A stretch of DNA of 64,000 nt from contig JAAFHW010000004.1 of NCBI GenBank assembly GCA_013298525.1, forward strand, positions 479 to 64,478, in the 5' to 3' direction. Both the position numbers and the translations under genes were made by a program. Positions 49,910 to 59,972 of this stretch are shown here, in pieces (position 1 is the stretch's first letter; every line of letters starts with the position of its first letter). The notes under the pieces are model-generated. The model was not told where the DNA came from, made no database searches, and saw only the letters and a list, made by a program, of their open reading frames with translations. The stretch is from Flavobacteriia bacterium (GTDB taxonomy: Bacteria; Bacteroidota; Bacteroidia; Flavobacteriales; Flavobacteriaceae).

Positions 49910-50536
49910 ATGTTTCTCGAAAATACAGTAAATCATAAAGAACAATTTGGTTGGATTGAAGTAATCTGCGGTTCGATGTTCTCCGGAAAGACCGAAGAAC
50001 TCATCAGAAGACTCAAAAGAGCGCAATTTGCAAAGCAAAAAGTGGAGATTTTCAAACCTGCCATCGATACTCGATATGATGAAGAGATGGTGGTTTCTCA
50101 TAATAAAAACGAAATTCGCTCAACACCAGTTCCTGCTGCAGCTAATATTGCTATTTTGGCGCAAGGTTGCGATGTGGTTGGGATTGATGAAGCACAGTTT
50201 TTTGATGATGAAATTGTAAAAATTTGTAACGATTTAGCCAATTCAGGAATTCGTGTTATCGTTGCCGGTTTGGATATGGATTTTAAAGGAAATCCTTTCG
50301 GACCAATGCCTGCGCTAATGGCAACTGCCGAATATGTTACTAAAGTTCATGCTGTGTGCACGCGTACAGGAAACTTAGCACATTATAGTTTTAGAAAAGC
50401 AGATAGTGATAATCTAGTTTTGCTTGGTGAAACGGAAGAATACGAACCATTAAGTAGAGCTGCTTACTACAAAGCGATACGCGAAAATATGGAAGTAAAA
50501 GATGCTGAACATTTGTCGGAAGACACAAAACCATAG
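49910..50536 (+). CDS. tdk: Thymidine kinase
   Basis: [21 protein letters not shown]...PF. Confidence 0.96.
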   Translation: MFLENTVNHKEQFGWIEVICGSMFSGKTEELIRRLKRAQFAKQKVEIFKPAIDTRYDEEMVVSHNKNEIRSTPVPAAANIAILAQGCDVVGIDEAQFFDDEIVKICNDLANSGIRVIVAGLDMDFKGNPFGPMPALMATAEYVTKVHAVCTRTGNLAHYSFRKADSDNLVLLGETEEYEPLSRAAYYKAIRENMEVKDAEHLSEDTKP

Positions 50537-50542
50537 TCTAAA

Positions 50543-52987
50543 TTGACACTTTCCATAAGAAATATCATCCCAATCATTAAAGCACAATTTGTTGGCGTTA
50601 ATGAAATTGCTGTAATCGATTCGGTTTCTATTGATAGTCGTTCGCTTCAAAATTCTGAAAGCACTTTATTTTTCGCGATTGTTGGTCCAAATCACGACGG
50701 ACATAATTATATTTCTAATTTAATTTCAATTGGTGTTTCCAATTTTGTGGTGAATCATGTTCCAAAAGAATTTGAAAACGAAGCAAATTTTTTGGTGGTA
50801 GAAAATACGGTTGAAGCTTTACAAAATTTTGCATCAGCTTACAGAAGTAATTTTGACTTTCCAATAATAGGAATCACCGGAAGTAATGGAAAAACCATCA
50901 TCAAAGAATGGTTGAACTTTTTGTTAAGTCCGGATTATAATATTATTCGTTCTCCAAAAAGTTATAATTCTCAAGTTGGAGTACCACTTTCGGTTTTAGG
51001 AATCAATGAAAAACACAATCTCGGAATTTTTGAAGCTGGAATTTCTACCATAAATGAGATGGAAAATCTTCAGAAAATTATCCAACCAACCATCGGAATT
51101 TTATCTAATATTGGTTCGGCTCACGATGAAGGTTTTCATGATATTGGGGAAAAAATTAAAGAGAAATTAAAACTTTTTACCTCAGTTGAAGTCTTAATAA
51201 TGAATACGAACAAAACGATTGAAGCTTTTTTAAATCCAAAAATAAACCGATTTACTTGGAGTTCTGAGGATGGAAAAGCCGATGTTTTTGTAATCGCAAA
51301 AGAATATTCAGATCAAACGGAACTCAAAATAACTTATCACAAACTTTGTTTTAAAATTACAATTCCGTTCAACGATCAAGCGTCTATTGAAAATGCTATT
51401 CAATGTTTGATGGTGCTTTTGTATTTCAAATACGATCAAGATACTATTCAAAATCGTATGCAGTTGCTTTATCCAGTTGAAATGCGTTTGAAAGTTAAAA
51501 ACGGTATCAACAATACAACACTAATCGATGATAGTTATAGTTCAGATTATCAGTCGTTAAAAATAGCATTAGATTTTCTTGAAAGTCAGAAACAGTACAA
51601 AAAGAAAACCCTAATTCTGTCGGATATTTTTCAATCAGGATTGGTTTTGGAAGAGTTATATTCTAATGTTTCACATTTAATTGTTTCCAATAAAATAAAT
51701 CGTGTAATTGCTATTGGAGCAACAATTTCAACTTTTAAAAATAAGTTTCCAAATTGCATCGCATTTGAATCAACCGAAAAATTCCTTCAAAATATTGATA
51801 CTATTTCCTTTGAAAATGAGACTGTTTTGATAAAAGGTGCGCGCCATTTTCACTTCGAAGAAATCGTTTCATTATTGGAAGAGAAAACACATGAAACTGT
51901 TTTAGAAATCAATCTGAATGCTATAAGTCATAACTTGAATTATTTTAAATCCAAATTAAATCCAAAGACCAAATTGATGGTTATGGTAAAAGCTTTTGGA
52001 TATGGAAATGGCGGTTATGAAATTGCCAAATTGCTTTCGCATCATAAAGTAGATTATCTTGGAGTAGCTTTCGCCGATGAAGGAATTTCGTTAAAAAATG
52101 CTGGAATTGATTTGCCAATTATGGTTTTAAATCCCGAAAACACAAGTTTTTCCGCAATTATTCAACATCAATTAGAACCCGAAATTTATTCGATAAAAGG
52201 ATTAACGGCTTTCTTGAAAATTGCCGAACAAAAAAAATTAAAGCATTTCCCAATTCATATAAAATTGGACACTGGAATGCATCGATTAGGATTTGAAGAA
52301 GAAACGATTGATGAATTAATTGCCAAACTTAAAGATAACAAAACGGTAGAGGTAAAAAGTATCTTATCACATTTGTCAGCAAGTGATGATATGAAATTTG
52401 TTGATTTTACGCTTTCGCAAATTAAATTATTTGAAAAATTATCTTCCAAATTAATCACTGAATTGCAAATAAATCCGATACGCCATATTTTGAATACTTC
52501 TGGAATTTCTAATTATTCTCAAGCGCAATATGATATGGTTCGACTAGGAATTGGACTTTATGGAGTTTCCAACGATGAAGACGAACAAAAATTATTAGAA
52601 AATGTCGGTACTTTAAAATCTATAATTTCTCAAATCAGAACTATTGAAGAAGGAGAAAGCGTAGGTTACAGCCGAAGATTTATGGCAACCAAAACCACAA
52701 AAGTTGCCACAATTCCAATTGGTTACGCCGATGGAATTTCAAGACATTGGGGAAATGGAGTAGGTTATGTAACCATAAAAAACAAAAAAGCACCTATACT
52801 AGGAAGCGTTTGTATGGATATGCTAATGGTTGACATCACCGAAATTGATTGTAAAGAAGGAACTGAAGTAACCATTTTTGGAGACAATCCAACAGTAAGT
52901 TATATGGCAAAACAACTAGGTACTATTCCTTACGAGATTATGACAAGCATTTCGCAAAGGGTAAAAAGGGTTTTTTATAGAGAGTAG
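50543..52987 (+). CDS. alr: Bifunctional MurF-like ligase / alanine racemase
   Basis: IDSR, GITGSNGKT, SYNSQVG in the N-terminal part; MVKAFGYG, KLDTGMHRLG, GYADG, CMDM in the C-terminal part; TTG start. Confidence 0.95.
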   Translation: MTLSIRNIIPIIKAQFVGVNEIAVIDSVSIDSRSLQNSESTLFFAIVGPNHDGHNYISNLISIGVSNFVVNHVPKEFENEANFLVVENTVEALQNFASAYRSNFDFPIIGITGSNGKTIIKEWLNFLLSPDYNIIRSPKSYNSQVGVPLSVLGINEKHNLGIFEAGISTINEMENLQKIIQPTIGILSNIGSAHDEGFHDIGEKIKEKLKLFTSVEVLIMNTNKTIEAFLNPKINRFTWSSEDGKADVFVIAKEYSDQTELKITYHKLCFKITIPFNDQASIENAIQCLMVLLYFKYDQDTIQNRMQLLYPVEMRLKVKNGINNTTLIDDSYSSDYQSLKIALDFLESQKQYKKKTLILSDIFQSGLVLEELYSNVSHLIVSNKINRVIAIGATISTFKNKFPNCIAFESTEKFLQNIDTISFENETVLIKGARHFHFEEIVSLLEEKTHETVLEINLNAISHNLNYFKSKLNPKTKLMVMVKAFGYGNGGYEIAKLLSHHKVDYLGVAFADEGISLKNAGIDLPIMVLNPENTSFSAIIQHQLEPEIYSIKGLTAFLKIAEQKKLKHFPIHIKLDTGMHRLGFEEETIDELIAKLKDNKTVEVKSILSHLSASDDMKFVDFTLSQIKLFEKLSSKLITELQINPIRHILNTSGISNYSQAQYDMVRLGIGLYGVSNDEDEQKLLENVGTLKSIISQIRTIEEGESVGYSRRFMATKTTKVATIPIGYADGISRHWGNGVGYVTIKNKKAPILGSVCMDMLMVDITEIDCKEGTEVTIFGDNPTVSYMAKQLGTIPYEIMTSISQRVKRVFYRE

Positions 52988-53056
52988 TGAAAATTTTACG
53001 CAACCTTTTCTTAATTTTTACATCTAACACAATATAGACTATATAAACTTTATTAC

Positions 53057-55543
53057 ATGAAAAAATATTGCCTTTTAATTTTTCTATTTTTTACTTATTT
53101 CTTTCAAGCTCAAATTATAAATATTCCTGATTCAAATTTTAAGGCGAAGTTGTTGAGTGCGAGTTCTGATAATCCTGTTGCTTCAATTGAATCTCCAGAC
53201 AACTATGGATCTGTTAATTCTTATAACGTAATCGATAACAATAGTGATGGTGAAATTCAGGTGAGTGAAGCATTGTTAATTAAACATTTAAATATAGATT
53301 TGTCTAATATCACAAATTTGGAGGGTATTCAAAGCTTTTTAAATTTAGAGGCTCTGTATTGTAATTCTAATCAATTGACAAGTTTAAATTTAATTAATGG
53401 ATTGACAAGTTTGAAAATATTACATTGTTACAATAATCAAATAACAAGTTTAAATGTGAGTAGTTTGATTAATTTAAGATGGTTGGATTGTTTTAATAAC
53501 CAAATATCAACTTTAAATGTAAATGGTTTAACAAATTTAAGTATTGTAAGATGTTTTTTAAACCAATTGTCAGCTATAAATGTAAATGGTTTGACAAATT
53601 TAGAAACTTTATATTGTAGTGATAATCAACTGCTAAATTTAAATGTAAGTAGTTTGTCAAATTTAAAATATTTGGACTGTAAAAATAATCAATTATCAAG
53701 TTTAAATGTTAGTGGCTCAAACAATATTATTAATTTATATTGTGAAAATAACCAATTGACAACATTGGATGTAAGTGGTCTATATAATTTAATTTCTTTT
53801 ATTTGTAGTAACAATAATATATCAAGTTTAAATGTTGCTGGCACAATCAATTTAGAAAGTTTGTCTTGCAACAACAATCAATTATCTAGTTTGAATTTAA
53901 GTGGCTTGACTAGTTTACTTTTTTTAGCTTGTAACAACAATCTTTTATCAAGCATAGATTTAGATGATTTAGTTAATTTATCTGGTTTGAATTGTTCTTT
54001 TAACCAATTAAATTCTTTGCTTATTCACGACAATAATTTTACTGTCTACAGTAATCTAATCTTTTCAAACAACCCAAATCTTCAATACATTTGTACAAAT
54101 GAAATACTAATATCATCCATACAAGATAAGATTAATCAATATGGTTATACAGGAACATGCCATGTAAACAGTTATTGCTCTTTTACTCCTGGCGGAAATT
54201 TTTATACAATAAACGGATTTAATAAAATAGATACTGATGCTAATGGTTGCGACTCTAATGATCAGATTTATCAAAATTTGAAGTTTTTAATTAACGATGG
54301 GATTATCTCAGGTAGTATTATTTCTGACTCATCTGGAAATTATTCTATTCCAGTTCAAGCCGGTACTCATACTGTCACACCACAACTTGGCAATTCAAGC
54401 TACTTTTTAGTTTCTCCAACAAGCGCAACTGTAACTTTTCCAGCAACTGCAAGCCCTTTTGTTCAGGATTTTTGTATTGTACCAAATGGAGTTCATCATG
54501 ATTTAGAAGTAGTTATTATTCCACTAGTTCCTGCTCGTCCTGGATTTGATGCTACTTATAAAATAAAATACAAAAACAAAGGAAATCAAAATGAAACTGC
54601 AACTTTAGTTTTTAATTATAGTGATTCTGTTTTAGATTATGTTTCGTCAACATTAGCTCCAACCTCTGCAGGTACAGGTTTGCTTTCTTGGAATATTGGA
54701 ACAATTATTCCGTTTCAAAGTGGTGAATTTGTAGTAAAATTAAATGTAAATTCTCCAATGGAAACACCTGCTGTAAATGGAGGTGATATTTTGAGTTACA
54801 CTGCAACAATAAATGGATTAAATACAGACGAAACACAACTCGATAATACTTTTCCATTGCGTCAAATTGTTGTAAATTCTTATGACCCAAATGATAAAAC
54901 GTGTTTAGAAGGAACAACAATAAATCCTACTATGATTGGTGAATACGTACATTACCAAATTCGTTTTGAAAACACAGGAACATTTCCGGCGCAAAACGTT
55001 GTGATTAAAGACATGATTGACACTACAAAATTTGATATTTCAACGTTGCAAATCTCGGACACTTCACACAGTTGCGTTACAAGAATTACAAATCCAAACA
55101 AAGTAGAATTCATTTTTGAAAACATAAATCTTCCGTTTGATGACGCAACAAATGATGGTTATGTAGTGTTCAAAATTAAAACAAATTCAACTTTGTTTGT
55201 TGGAAATACCATAAGTAATTTGGCAAATATTTATTTTGACTACAATTTTCCAATTGTAACAAACACAGCAACAAGTACTTTTCAAGCTTTGTCAAACAGC
55301 ACTTTCAATTTTGAAAATTATGTTAGCTTGTCACCAAATCCAGCAAAAGATGTTTTAAACATCAATGTTCAAGATGAGATAAATATAAAATCAATTGCAA
55401 TTTATAATATGTTAGGTCAATTGGTTCAAATAACAACAAGCCCAACAAATTCGATAAATGTTTCCGATTTAAAAGCAGGGAATTACGTCATTAAATTGCA
55501 TATTGAAAAAGGCGAAATCATTAGAAAGTTTATAAAAGAATAA
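53057..55543 (+). CDS. T9SS-secreted leucine-rich-repeat surface protein
   Basis: Signal peptide; IPDSNFK cap; about 11 21-aa LRRs; SYDPNDK / IRFENTG / IYFDYN domain; CTD LSPNPAK. Confidence 0.92.
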   Translation: MKKYCLLIFLFFTYFFQAQIINIPDSNFKAKLLSASSDNPVASIESPDNYGSVNSYNVIDNNSDGEIQVSEALLIKHLNIDLSNITNLEGIQSFLNLEALYCNSNQLTSLNLINGLTSLKILHCYNNQITSLNVSSLINLRWLDCFNNQISTLNVNGLTNLSIVRCFLNQLSAINVNGLTNLETLYCSDNQLLNLNVSSLSNLKYLDCKNNQLSSLNVSGSNNIINLYCENNQLTTLDVSGLYNLISFICSNNNISSLNVAGTINLESLSCNNNQLSSLNLSGLTSLLFLACNNNLLSSIDLDDLVNLSGLNCSFNQLNSLLIHDNNFTVYSNLIFSNNPNLQYICTNEILISSIQDKINQYGYTGTCHVNSYCSFTPGGNFYTINGFNKIDTDANGCDSNDQIYQNLKFLINDGIISGSIISDSSGNYSIPVQAGTHTVTPQLGNSSYFLVSPTSATVTFPATASPFVQDFCIVPNGVHHDLEVVIIPLVPARPGFDATYKIKYKNKGNQNETATLVFNYSDSVLDYVSSTLAPTSAGTGLLSWNIGTIIPFQSGEFVVKLNVNSPMETPAVNGGDILSYTATINGLNTDETQLDNTFPLRQIVVNSYDPNDKTCLEGTTINPTMIGEYVHYQIRFENTGTFPAQNVVIKDMIDTTKFDISTLQISDTSHSCVTRITNPNKVEFIFENINLPFDDATNDGYVVFKIKTNSTLFVGNTISNLANIYFDYNFPIVTNTATSTFQALSNSTFNFENYVSLSPNPAKDVLNINVQDEINIKSIAIYNMLGQLVQITTSPTNSINVSDLKAGNYVIKLHIEKGEIIRKFIKE

Positions 55544-55643
55544 GTTTTTTATAATTAAGAGTAGTAATATTTCTACAAAAAATATAATATTATGTTAATA
55601 TTTTAACTAATTTTGCACCGATAACCAATAAAAACAAAATATC

Positions 55644-56045
55644 ATGTTAAAAGAATTTAAGAATTTTATAATGACAGGAAACGTAATTGAGTTTGCTGTT
55701 GCAGTAATTATGGCAGGTGCAGTTGGTGCAGTTGTTAATGGATTTGTTGCTGATATAGTAATGCCATTAGTAGGAATGTTAACTGGTGGTGTAGATTTTT
55801 CTGCACTTAAGTATGTTTTAGCTCCAGAAGTTAAAGATGCTGCAGGAGCAGTTACTAGCCCAGAAAATGCAGTTCGCTATGGTGCTTGGATTAATTCAAT
55901 TGTGAGTTTAGTTGTAGTTGGATTCGTTATGTTTATGATTATTAAAGCATACGGTAAAATGAAAAAACCAGCAGAAGCTCCAGCTCCAGCAGGTCCAACT
56001 CAAGAAGAATTATTAGCAGAAATTAGAGATTTATTGAAAAAATAA
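55644..56045 (+). CDS. mscL: Large-conductance mechanosensitive channel
   Basis: MLKEFKNF..GNVIEFAVAVI; LLAEIRDLLK. Confidence 0.96.
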   Translation: MLKEFKNFIMTGNVIEFAVAVIMAGAVGAVVNGFVADIVMPLVGMLTGGVDFSALKYVLAPEVKDAAGAVTSPENAVRYGAWINSIVSLVVVGFVMFMIIKAYGKMKKPAEAPAPAGPTQEELLAEIRDLLKK

Positions 56046-56072
56046 TAAACCGCTACAGTATATATTCTAACT

Positions 56073-56106
56073 AAACCGCTTCTTAATTGAAGCGGTTTTT
56101 CTTTTT
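56073..56106 (+). terminator. Terminator after mscL
   Basis: AAACCGCTTC...GAAGCGGTTTTT. Confidence 0.85.
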
Positions 56107-56145
56107 CAAAAAAACAACTTCAACTTCAAAAAACAACTTCAACTT
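56107..56145. repeat. 19/20-bp tandem duplication
   Basis: CAAAAAAACAACTTCAACTT followed by CAAAAAACAACTTCAACTT. Confidence 0.8.
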
Positions 56146-56224
56146 TAAAATTTTAATTATTAATTAATAATTTTTAATTTAATTTCTACCTACTTTTGTA
56201 CTTCCAAATTTTAAATATATTTAT

Positions 56225-57214
56225 ATGAGAGTTGCTGTAGTTGGTGCAACCGGAATGGTTGGCGAAGTAATGCTTCAAGTTTTAGCAGAGAGAAATTTTC
56301 CTGTAACTGAATTAATTCCTGTAGCCTCAGAGAAATCTGTTGGTAAGGAAATTGAATTTAAAGGAGCAAAATATAAAGTGGTTGGTTTACAAACAGCAGT
56401 CGATATGAAAGCTGATATTGCTTTATTTTCTGCTGGAGGAGAAACTTCTTTAGAATGGGCTCCAAAATTTGCCGAAGTAGGAACAACCGTAATCGACAAC
56501 TCATCAGCTTGGAGAATGGATCCAACAAAAAAATTAATAGTTCCAGAAATCAACGCTTCAGAATTAACTAAAGAAGATAAAATTATTGCTAATCCAAACT
56601 GTTCAACAATTCAAATGGTATTGGTTTTAGCGCCTTTGCATAAAAAATATAAGATTAAACGTGTTATCGTTTCTACTTATCAATCTATTACTGGAACAGG
56701 TGTAAAAGCAGTGCAGCAATTAGAAAATGAGTATGCAGGAATACAAGGTGAAATGGCTTATAAATATCCTATTCACAGAAATGCAATTCCTCAATGTGAC
56801 AGTTTTGAAGAAAATGGTTACACTAAAGAAGAAATGAAATTGGTTCGTGAAACTCAAAAAATTATTGGAGATAGAACAATTGCTGTAACGGCAACAGCTA
56901 TTCGTGTGCCAATTGTTGGTGGACATAGCGAAGCTGTAAATATTGAATTCGCAAACGATTTTAATGTAAGCGAAATCAGAGATATTCTTCATCACACTGA
57001 TGGTGTTGTAGTTCAAGACAATACAGATACTTACACTTATCCAATGCCATTATTTGCACAAGGTAAAGATGAGGTTTTTGTGGGTAGAATTCGTCGTGAT
57101 GAAAGTCAGCCAAATTCCTTAAACATGTGGATTGTAGCTGATAATTTAAGAAAAGGAGCTGCAACAAATACTATTCAAATTGCAGAATATTTAGTTGCTA
57201 ATAAATTAGTTTAA
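56225..57214 (+). CDS. asd: Aspartate-semialdehyde dehydrogenase
   Basis: VVGATGMVG, DNSSAWR, NPNCST, DNLRKGAA. Confidence 0.97.
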   Translation: MRVAVVGATGMVGEVMLQVLAERNFPVTELIPVASEKSVGKEIEFKGAKYKVVGLQTAVDMKADIALFSAGGETSLEWAPKFAEVGTTVIDNSSAWRMDPTKKLIVPEINASELTKEDKIIANPNCSTIQMVLVLAPLHKKYKIKRVIVSTYQSITGTGVKAVQQLENEYAGIQGEMAYKYPIHRNAIPQCDSFEENGYTKEEMKLVRETQKIIGDRTIAVTATAIRVPIVGGHSEAVNIEFANDFNVSEIRDILHHTDGVVVQDNTDTYTYPMPLFAQGKDEVFVGRIRRDESQPNSLNMWIVADNLRKGAATNTIQIAEYLVANKLV

Positions 57215-57307
57215 TTAAATTCAAGTATACTAACCATTTGAGTTTACAAATCTTAAAATTTGTTAATTCAAGTGGTTTTTCATTGTTACTAGTATATATT
57301 TGCCGTA

Positions 57308-57661
57308 ATGAAAGGAAAATACTCTGTAGTTAGTTTGTTTTTTGGTTTGGCAATATTGTTCGCAATATTGTTACAATCGCTGCATTCTTATCACCACATA
57401 GAAGTTGCACTTTCAGAAAAACACTGTAATCATAAATATGCAGTTAACAAAACAGAAATAAGTCATAGTCATCATGATTCTGACCATTGTTTTGTTTGTG
57501 AATTTACTTTTAGTACTTCCATAAAATCAGATTTTTATACTTTTAATTTCAAGAAAGTTGAGATTCCTGTTTCTTATTCTTATTTCTATTCTAGAGAAAT
57601 AACCCAATCCTTTAGAGGAAGTCTTTTTACGCTTCGAGCACCACCGAGTTTTATTGTTTAG
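57308..57661 (+). CDS. DUF2946-like His/CxxC leader protein with C-terminal RAPP motif
   Basis: N-terminal hydrophobic helix, HSYHH, HSHHDSDHCFVC, ends LRAPPSFIV. Confidence 0.8.
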   Translation: MKGKYSVVSLFFGLAILFAILLQSLHSYHHIEVALSEKHCNHKYAVNKTEISHSHHDSDHCFVCEFTFSTSIKSDFYTFNFKKVEIPVSYSYFYSREITQSFRGSLFTLRAPPSFIV

Positions 57662-57719
57662 CCATTATTTATCCGAAAAACATTCGGATTATATTCTATT
57701 AACAATAAAATCATTTTAA

Positions 57720-59927
57720 ATGAAATCATTTTTTATAGCCCTATTTTTAGGGTGTTCTATATTTGCCAGTGCGCAAAACAAAGTCGTTGGAGTTATATCT
57801 GACAAACAAAACTTACCAATTTCTGCAGTGAACATTTCTATTCCTGAGCTTCACAAGGAAACAATATCTGATGAAAACGGAAAATATTTTTTTAGCAACT
57901 TACCCTCAGGAAATTTCAGGATTGTATTTTCATTTATTGGATATGAAACTCAGTCAAAACCATTTTCTCTCAACCAAAAAGAAATTAGAATAGATGTAAC
58001 TCTTGAGGAAACTATTCACCAAATGGATGAGGTAATTGTTTCTACAGCATTCAACAAATTACAATCTCAGAATGTAATGAAGGTTGAGCACCAATCGGTG
58101 AAATCACTTCAACAAAAAGGAACTTCTACCTTGATTGAAGGTTTGGCAACAATTCCTGGAGTTTCTCAAATCTCTACTGGAACTTCTATCGGAAAACCTG
58201 TAATTCGTGGATTAAGTGGAAATAGAGTTTTGGTTTACTCTCAAGGTGTGCGTATGGAAAACCAACAATTTGGTGAAGAACACGGATTGGGCTTGAACGA
58301 TGCTGGAGTAGAAAGTGTTGAGGTTATCAAAGGACCAGCTTCGTTGTTGTATGGTTCAGATGCTATTGGTGGCGTTTTGTATTTTAATCCAGAAAAATTT
58401 GGAAAATCAAATACCTCACAATTAAATTTTAATCAAAAATATTTTTCAAATACCAACGGAACTAATACTTCGCTTGGATATAAATTATCTGGCGACGATT
58501 TAAAATTTTCTACTCGTGTAAGTAATAATAGACATGGAGATTACAAAATTGCTGATGGTGATAAAGTAACTAATACAAGATACAACGAATTGGATTTTAA
58601 ATCAGGTTTAGGGTATTCCAATTCCAATTTCACAACAACTTTTAGATATAATTACAACAAGTTATCACTTGGAATTCCTGAAGAAGGCATTGCAGAACAA
58701 TCGAATTCAAAAAAACCAGAGTTTCCTAGACAAGGTGTTGTTAGTCAGATATTGAGTTTAAACAATACAATATTTTTCAAAAACTCTAAGTTGGATGCCG
58801 ATTTGGGTTACATCAATAACGACAGAAGTGAATATGAAGATAGTGATGTGGCAATTTTACAAATGAAATTGAAAACGTTGAATTATAATGTAAAATATTA
58901 TTTACCAAAATTCGGAAAATTTGAATCTATAATTGGAACGCAAGGAATGCATCAAACCAACAAAAATTCTGGTGAAGAATTGTTAATTCCGGATGCTTCA
59001 ACTAATGATTTTGGTGTTTTTGGAACTATAAACTATGAATGGAATAAAAATGTAATTCAAGCTGGAGTAAGATTTGACAACCGAAGTGTAGTGTCTGAAA
59101 CTAATGGAACAGAAGGTGATGAAGGTTATTTTGCCGCCATTGATAAGAAGTTTCAAAGTTTTAATTCTTCTTTAGGATTCAAAACTAACTTGAAAGAAAA
59201 CGTTATTTTAAGATTAAATGTTGCTTCTGGATTTAGAGCACCAAATCTAGCTGAATTAACTTCCAATGGTGTTCATGAAGGAAGTAATCGCTACGAAATT
59301 GGAAATTCAGAGCTAAAGAACGAGCAAAATTTTCAAACAGATTTGAATTTAGAATACAGAAATCCGCACTTTGAGTTGTTTGTAAATGGTTTTTATAATC
59401 ATATAAATAATTATATTTTTATTTCACCCAATGGAACTGTAATTGATGGGAACGATGTATATGATTATGTTCAAGCCAATGCTAATTTATTTGGTGGTGA
59501 AGCCGGAATTCATTTTCATCCGCATCCTTTAGATTGGTTGCACGTTACAAGTAGTTTTGAAAGCGTTACTGGGAAAAGACAAAATGGCGATAACTTGCCA
59601 TTGATTCCTGCTAACAGGTGGAATAATGCTTTAAGGACAGAGTTTAAATCATCCAAATATTTTAAAGATGGTTTTGCGGTTTTGAATGTTGAATATACTT
59701 TACGTCAAAATAATCCAAGTCAATTTGAAACAATGACTAATGATTATACATTATTAAATATTGGTTTTGGTGGAAAAGTCACACTAGGTAAAACCGTTTT
59801 TGATATTAATTTGAATGCAAATAATATTTTTGATAGAAATTACGTGTCTCATTTATCAAGACTAAAAACAGATGGAATTCCTAATATTGGAAGAAATATT
59901 GTTTTAGGAATTAATTTTAATATATAG
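57720..59927 (+). CDS. TonB-dependent receptor (probable metal uptake)
   Basis: Signal peptide, N-terminal carboxypeptidase-like domain, plug KPVIRG / QQFGEEHG / VEVIKGPASLLYG, GFRAPN..EL..NGVHEG, aromatic C-terminus. Confidence 0.93.
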   Translation: MKSFFIALFLGCSIFASAQNKVVGVISDKQNLPISAVNISIPELHKETISDENGKYFFSNLPSGNFRIVFSFIGYETQSKPFSLNQKEIRIDVTLEETIHQMDEVIVSTAFNKLQSQNVMKVEHQSVKSLQQKGTSTLIEGLATIPGVSQISTGTSIGKPVIRGLSGNRVLVYSQGVRMENQQFGEEHGLGLNDAGVESVEVIKGPASLLYGSDAIGGVLYFNPEKFGKSNTSQLNFNQKYFSNTNGTNTSLGYKLSGDDLKFSTRVSNNRHGDYKIADGDKVTNTRYNELDFKSGLGYSNSNFTTTFRYNYNKLSLGIPEEGIAEQSNSKKPEFPRQGVVSQILSLNNTIFFKNSKLDADLGYINNDRSEYEDSDVAILQMKLKTLNYNVKYYLPKFGKFESIIGTQGMHQTNKNSGEELLIPDASTNDFGVFGTINYEWNKNVIQAGVRFDNRSVVSETNGTEGDEGYFAAIDKKFQSFNSSLGFKTNLKENVILRLNVASGFRAPNLAELTSNGVHEGSNRYEIGNSELKNEQNFQTDLNLEYRNPHFELFVNGFYNHINNYIFISPNGTVIDGNDVYDYVQANANLFGGEAGIHFHPHPLDWLHVTSSFESVTGKRQNGDNLPLIPANRWNNALRTEFKSSKYFKDGFAVLNVEYTLRQNNPSQFETMTNDYTLLNIGFGGKVTLGKTVFDINLNANNIFDRNYVSHLSRLKTDGIPNIGRNIVLGINFNI

Positions 59928-59932
59928 ATTTA

Positions 59933-59972
59933 TAAACCAGACAGACTTGTAAATCTGTCTGGTTTAATTTTT
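59933..59972. terminator. Bidirectional hairpin terminator
   Basis: TAAACCAGACAGA...TCTGTCTGGTTTA between convergent genes. Confidence 0.8.

Noticed and set aside
50543..52987. MurF-Alr fusion as a novelty
   Set aside because: This fusion is common and already known in Bacteroidota
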